DNA from: a virus
Taxonomy: Duplodnaviria > Caudoviricetes
IMG/VR virus record: IMGVR_UViG_3300027969_000040
Direction: 5' to 3' (one strand)
DNA: 64,000 nucleotides
The notes beneath the pieces are model-generated. The model made no database searches. It was not told the DNA's origin and was given only the letters and a program-made list of their open reading frames with translations. Positions 62,079 to 64,000 of the stretch are shown here, one piece after another. Position 1 is the first letter of the stretch, and each line of letters begins with the position of its first letter. The position numbers were made by a program, and so were the translations under genes.

Positions 62079-62326
62079 TAGTTAATATCAATTATATTTT
62101 TAAAATTAGCATTCTTATTTGCATCATCAAATATTTTCTGCTGACGTTTGATAATTTCTTGTTGATAGTCATCCATTATCATTGACAGTTGATTTATTAA
62201 ATTGTAGTCTCCCATCCTCTGAACTTGTAGCCGTCTTTTAACAAGACTGTTATATTTTTCAGTGAGTTCCTCTATTTTAAGATTAGATAAATCTGGTAAT
62301 AATGGATGCATAATAAATTCTCTCAA
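62078..62326 (-). CDS. Hypothetical protein
   Basis: 82 aa helical ORF. Confidence 0.55.
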   Translation of the reverse strand: MREFIMHPLLPDLSNLKIEELTEKYNSLVKRRLQVQRMGDYNLINQLSMIMDDYQQEIIKRQQKIFDDANKNANFKNIIDIN

Positions 62327-62511
62327 CTAAAATCTTTGAACATTTCTTTTCTTCCTGGCTCGCCCAAAGTAATATCAAATAAATCTTTGGTACGTTGTAG
62401 CATAACACATGCTAGCATTAACATTTCGTTTTTATCATCTGTTAACTGTATAGAAGAATCGATCAATATCATTAATTCTGCCATGCGATCTTTAGTGGGG
62501 TTAATGCTCAT
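62323..62511 (-). CDS. Hypothetical protein
   Basis: 62 aa ORF coupled to both neighbours. Confidence 0.55.
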   Translation of the reverse strand: MSINPTKDRMAELMILIDSSIQLTDDKNEMLMLACVMLQRTKDLFDITLGEPGRKEMFKDFS

Positions 62512-62957
62512 TATAGATCGCCATCTTGCCGATTTTCGCTATAAAAAGGATCAAATTTTCCCCCGGGGTAGCGAGACTCTAGCTTACGTACATTTTCAGC
62601 AATAACATCATTTGGATCTAAGTTTAATGCTCTGCAAGCATTAACCCAATACCACATGATATCTCCTAGTTCACGTTTCATATGAAAAAGTGATTCGTCA
62701 TTGAATGCTTTTCCTTGGAAAAATATCTTCTTTGGAATTTCAATAAATTCTCCGCTTTCAGCAGCAAGCCCTAAACATGCTGTAAACAACAACGGGACAT
62801 TGACATCGGGGCCGTGTTTCATTTCTCCATCTATCAATTCATAATTGGCGTCAATACGGTCGCATGTGTCCATAAATGTAGTTAAGTCATTACTAGGCAT
62901 ACTAGTAACTTCTTCTACAAACTTTTGATATTTGTTTAAATCAATCTGCATTAACAC
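62511..62957 (-). CDS. MazG-like NTP pyrophosphohydrolase
   Basis: LGLAAESGEF.E..KK...RELGDIMWY...N..KL..RYP. Confidence 0.88.
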   Translation of the reverse strand: MLMQIDLNKYQKFVEEVTSMPSNDLTTFMDTCDRIDANYELIDGEMKHGPDVNVPLLFTACLGLAAESGEFIEIPKKIFFQGKAFNDESLFHMKRELGDIMWYWVNACRALNLDPNDVIAENVRKLESRYPGGKFDPFYSENRQDGDL

Positions 62958-62970
62958 TCCTGTTTTAATG

Positions 62971-62999
62971 ATTGTATACTATACATTAATAAAGGTCAA
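62971..62999 (-). promoter_or_regulatory. sigma70-type promoter TTGACC-N17-TACAAT
   Basis: Read directly on the minus strand upstream of the MazG-like gene. Confidence 0.6.
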
Positions 63000-63000
63000 C

Positions 63001-63999
63001 TTATAAGGCAAGGATGGCATTTTTAAAGGCTGTAAAATTTGCCGACGACGATGCAATGCTCTTTAAACTTGCAACTGTTATTGAACCGTTGTTAATTCTC
63101 GACGAACTCGACGATATTACTTTTTCACCGTTTGTTATTACACTACCTAACAATACCTTTGAAAATCCATTGGCTATAATATCTGCCCCTGTTGTTATAA
63201 GTATGTTCTGGCGGTCGCCACCTACTAGTTCTGCATAAATGTAAGTAGTTGCATTTGCTGGTACAGCTACTATTGTGTCGGGTACCTTGGCATAATACCC
63301 ACCAATGAATAACGGATATGATTTTAAATAAACTGATAATCCAACTGTGGGTTCTGACGATATGTTCATATCGTATCTTCCTGAACCGTCGGCAAACCAT
63401 TCATCCTCGTTATGCATAGCACCGGTTACAACATTCTTAGATGAACTAATCAATACACTAGTATGGGCCTCAGTTCCAATCATGCAATAGTAACCAAACG
63501 TAGTACTAAATCCAAAACTACAACCATACCATGGACTTATACTAGAGTAAGTGGTAGGAACGGTGCGAGTAAATTTGTTCCAATCGTATGTAGTCATAGT
63601 GTTTGAACTAATATTAAATTCTAGTATCTTAAAGAAAGCACCGCCGGGAACATATATTTCAATGTAATGTAGGAATCTACCATTAGCGGTTAAACAAGCC
63701 GTGCCGTTATTAACACTCCAGGAATTAGCAGTATCCCCGCGTTGACCATTGGCATAGTCGTTTTCTGTAGTTACAAATGGTCCGTATATATCATTCCAGC
63801 CGCCGCTGCTGTAGTGCGCAATATAAAATTGATGTGCGGGCCCAGATACAACCGCCCAGAATTTTTTATCCCCATCTAATCCGTTATATACAGTGTTTCC
63901 GGCTAATACAACATTGGTTACACTACCAATTGTAGTTGGAATTGCAGGAATAGTAAATCCAGTAGAAGTGTAAACTCTAACGCCATTCAAGACAGTTAT
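63001..63999 (-). CDS. C-terminal part of a beta-rich virion/tail fibre-like protein, truncated by window end
   Basis: Frame is open to the window edge; rich in Thr, Gly, Asn and aromatic residues. Confidence 0.5.
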   Translation of the reverse strand: MTVLNGVRVYTSTGFTIPAIPTTIGSVTNVVLAGNTVYNGLDGDKKFWAVVSGPAHQFYIAHYSSGGWNDIYGPFVTTENDYANGQRGDTANSWSVNNGTACLTANGRFLHYIEIYVPGGAFFKILEFNISSNTMTTYDWNKFTRTVPTTYSSISPWYGCSFGFSTTFGYYCMIGTEAHTSVLISSSKNVVTGAMHNEDEWFADGSGRYDMNISSEPTVGLSVYLKSYPLFIGGYYAKVPDTIVAVPANATTYIYAELVGGDRQNILITTGADIIANGFSKVLLGSVITNGEKVISSSSSRINNGSITVASLKSIASSSANFTAFKNAILAL

Positions 64000-64000
64000 A

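Noticed and set aside
147-63400. Numerous short antisense or overlapping ORFs in the track (for example 147-479, 2806-3219, 13075-13320, 38251-38604, 41701-42057, 51368-51874)
   Set aside because: They lie opposite or inside well-supported genes, lack RBS and recognisable motifs, and are shadow ORFs.
1-64000. Stop-codon reassignment (alternative genetic code)
   Set aside because: Long conserved genes (PolB, ClpA, adhesins) translate uninterrupted in the standard code and coding density is high.

Overview
A 64-kb, AT-rich, gene-dense segment of a large T4-like/jumbo tailed dsDNA phage (uncultured Caudoviricetes type). The host is probably a Gram-negative proteobacterium, inferred from the spanin pair, GH19 endolysin, sigma70 promoters and a Tat signal. 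From 1 to 13 kb (+ strand) are virion genes: baseplate-type proteins, an S74-chaperoned tail fibre, two giant Ig-repeat (He_PIG) adhesins and a fibre with a C-terminal Hint domain. From 13 to 64 kb (almost all - strand) are thyX, a MoxR-vWA pair, RNase H, and a 7-deazaguanine DNA-modification locus (queE, mazG, queD, folE, dpdL-like, dpdA/TGT-like; no queC in this window). That locus has a GalE epimerase and a glycosyltransferase embedded in it and runs directly into a sliding clamp and a family-B DNA polymerase. Further along are head/internal polyprotein-like genes (one hides a twin-arginine signal peptide behind a putative prohead-protease site), ClpA/DnaJ/GroES, a prolyl-4-hydroxylase-like oxygenase, a lysis cassette, phoH, a ParB-like/GIY-YIG/HNH operon, a clamp loader and a stand-alone DnaE fragment. 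No tRNA, rRNA, CRISPR array, integrase or transposase was recognised. All family calls come from motifs recognised by eye and were not checked by database search.
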